DNA from: Squalus acanthias
Taxonomy: Eukaryota
Direction of reading: 5' to 3'
Length of the DNA: 64,000 bases
Assembly: GCA_030390025.1 (NCBI GenBank)
Contig: JASTWF010000035.1
Coordinates: 1,860,001-1,924,000, forward strand
How positions within the stretch are numbered: position 1 is the stretch's first letter; each line of letters opens with the position of its first letter. A model generated the notes under the pieces. The model was not told the DNA's origin. It saw only the letters and a list, made by a program, of their open reading frames with translations, and searched no databases. Below, one piece after another: positions 63,575-64,000 of the stretch. The position numbers and the translations under genes were made by a program.

Positions 63575-63985
63575 CCCTATCTTTTTTTTCCATTTTGTTT
63601 TTTTCTGTCTCTCACATGGCAGCTGTCAATCTTTTAGCCATCGCCATTTACATTTCATCTAGAGTCATCTTTTGTTTCTTAACTTGTCCCATTACCATCT
63701 CCTTTTGCCTTGCACCATCATCCCTTTTTTCTCTTAATCTCTCCTGCCTTCCATCCTATCCCAGACCTTCCCTTTTGTTCTTTGCTCTCCTCCCCGCTTT
63801 CCCTGCCCCTACACTTGCTTAAAAACCTGTTCCATCTCCAGCTTTTTCCAGTTCTGACGAAGTGTCATCGACCTGAAACATTAACTCTGTTTCTCTCTCC
63901 ACAGATGCTGCCTGACCTGCTGAGTATTTCCAGCATTTTCTGTTTTTATTTCAGATTTCCGGCAACCGCAGTATTTTGCTTTTAA
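63575..63985 (+). mobile_element. Penelope-like element 3' region
   Basis: Pyrimidine-rich tract, then a hammerhead motif and gatgctgcctgacctgctgagtatttccagca. Family assignment is from memory. Confidence 0.6.
63848..63890 (+). ncRNA. Minimal type I hammerhead ribozyme motif (probably decayed)
   Basis: Stem I AGUU/AACU; CUGACGA at 63854-63860; stem II AG(U)GUC-auc-GACCU; GAAA at 63875-63878. Confidence 0.65.
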
Positions 63986-64000
63986 ATAAGTTTGTGGGTT

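Overview
This is eukaryotic, repeat-saturated DNA. The repeat families (CR1 LINEs with zinc-finger/esterase ORF1, L2, a Deu-type SINE, Penelope-type ends) suggest a cartilaginous fish, which is an inference and not a search result. Most of the window is a nested pile of decayed CR1 and L2 LINEs, 3-bp-TSD TIR elements (PIF/Harbinger-like MITEs), SINEs, GACACTGA-type satellite arrays, a ~1.2 kb (CCA)n tract and a 36-bp minisatellite. Nearly every ORF in the supplied track is a LINE fragment, its antisense shadow or a repeat artefact. The ORF track misses the main signal: three homologous 75-nt, phase 1-1 exons on the + strand (8699-8773, 11175-11249, 43924-43998). They have near-consensus splice sites and encode an S/T/P/E-rich mucin-like unit, so the window looks like intron space of a gene expanding by tandem exon duplication. 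Other notable signals are two Penelope-type hammerhead-ribozyme motifs, a CR1-CR1 chimera present twice (once bounded by a TSD, suggesting it retrotransposed as a unit), a tRNA-headed LINE, and insertions nested four levels deep. Family letters A-H are my own labels. Repeat boundaries are approximate unless a TSD or TIR is quoted.
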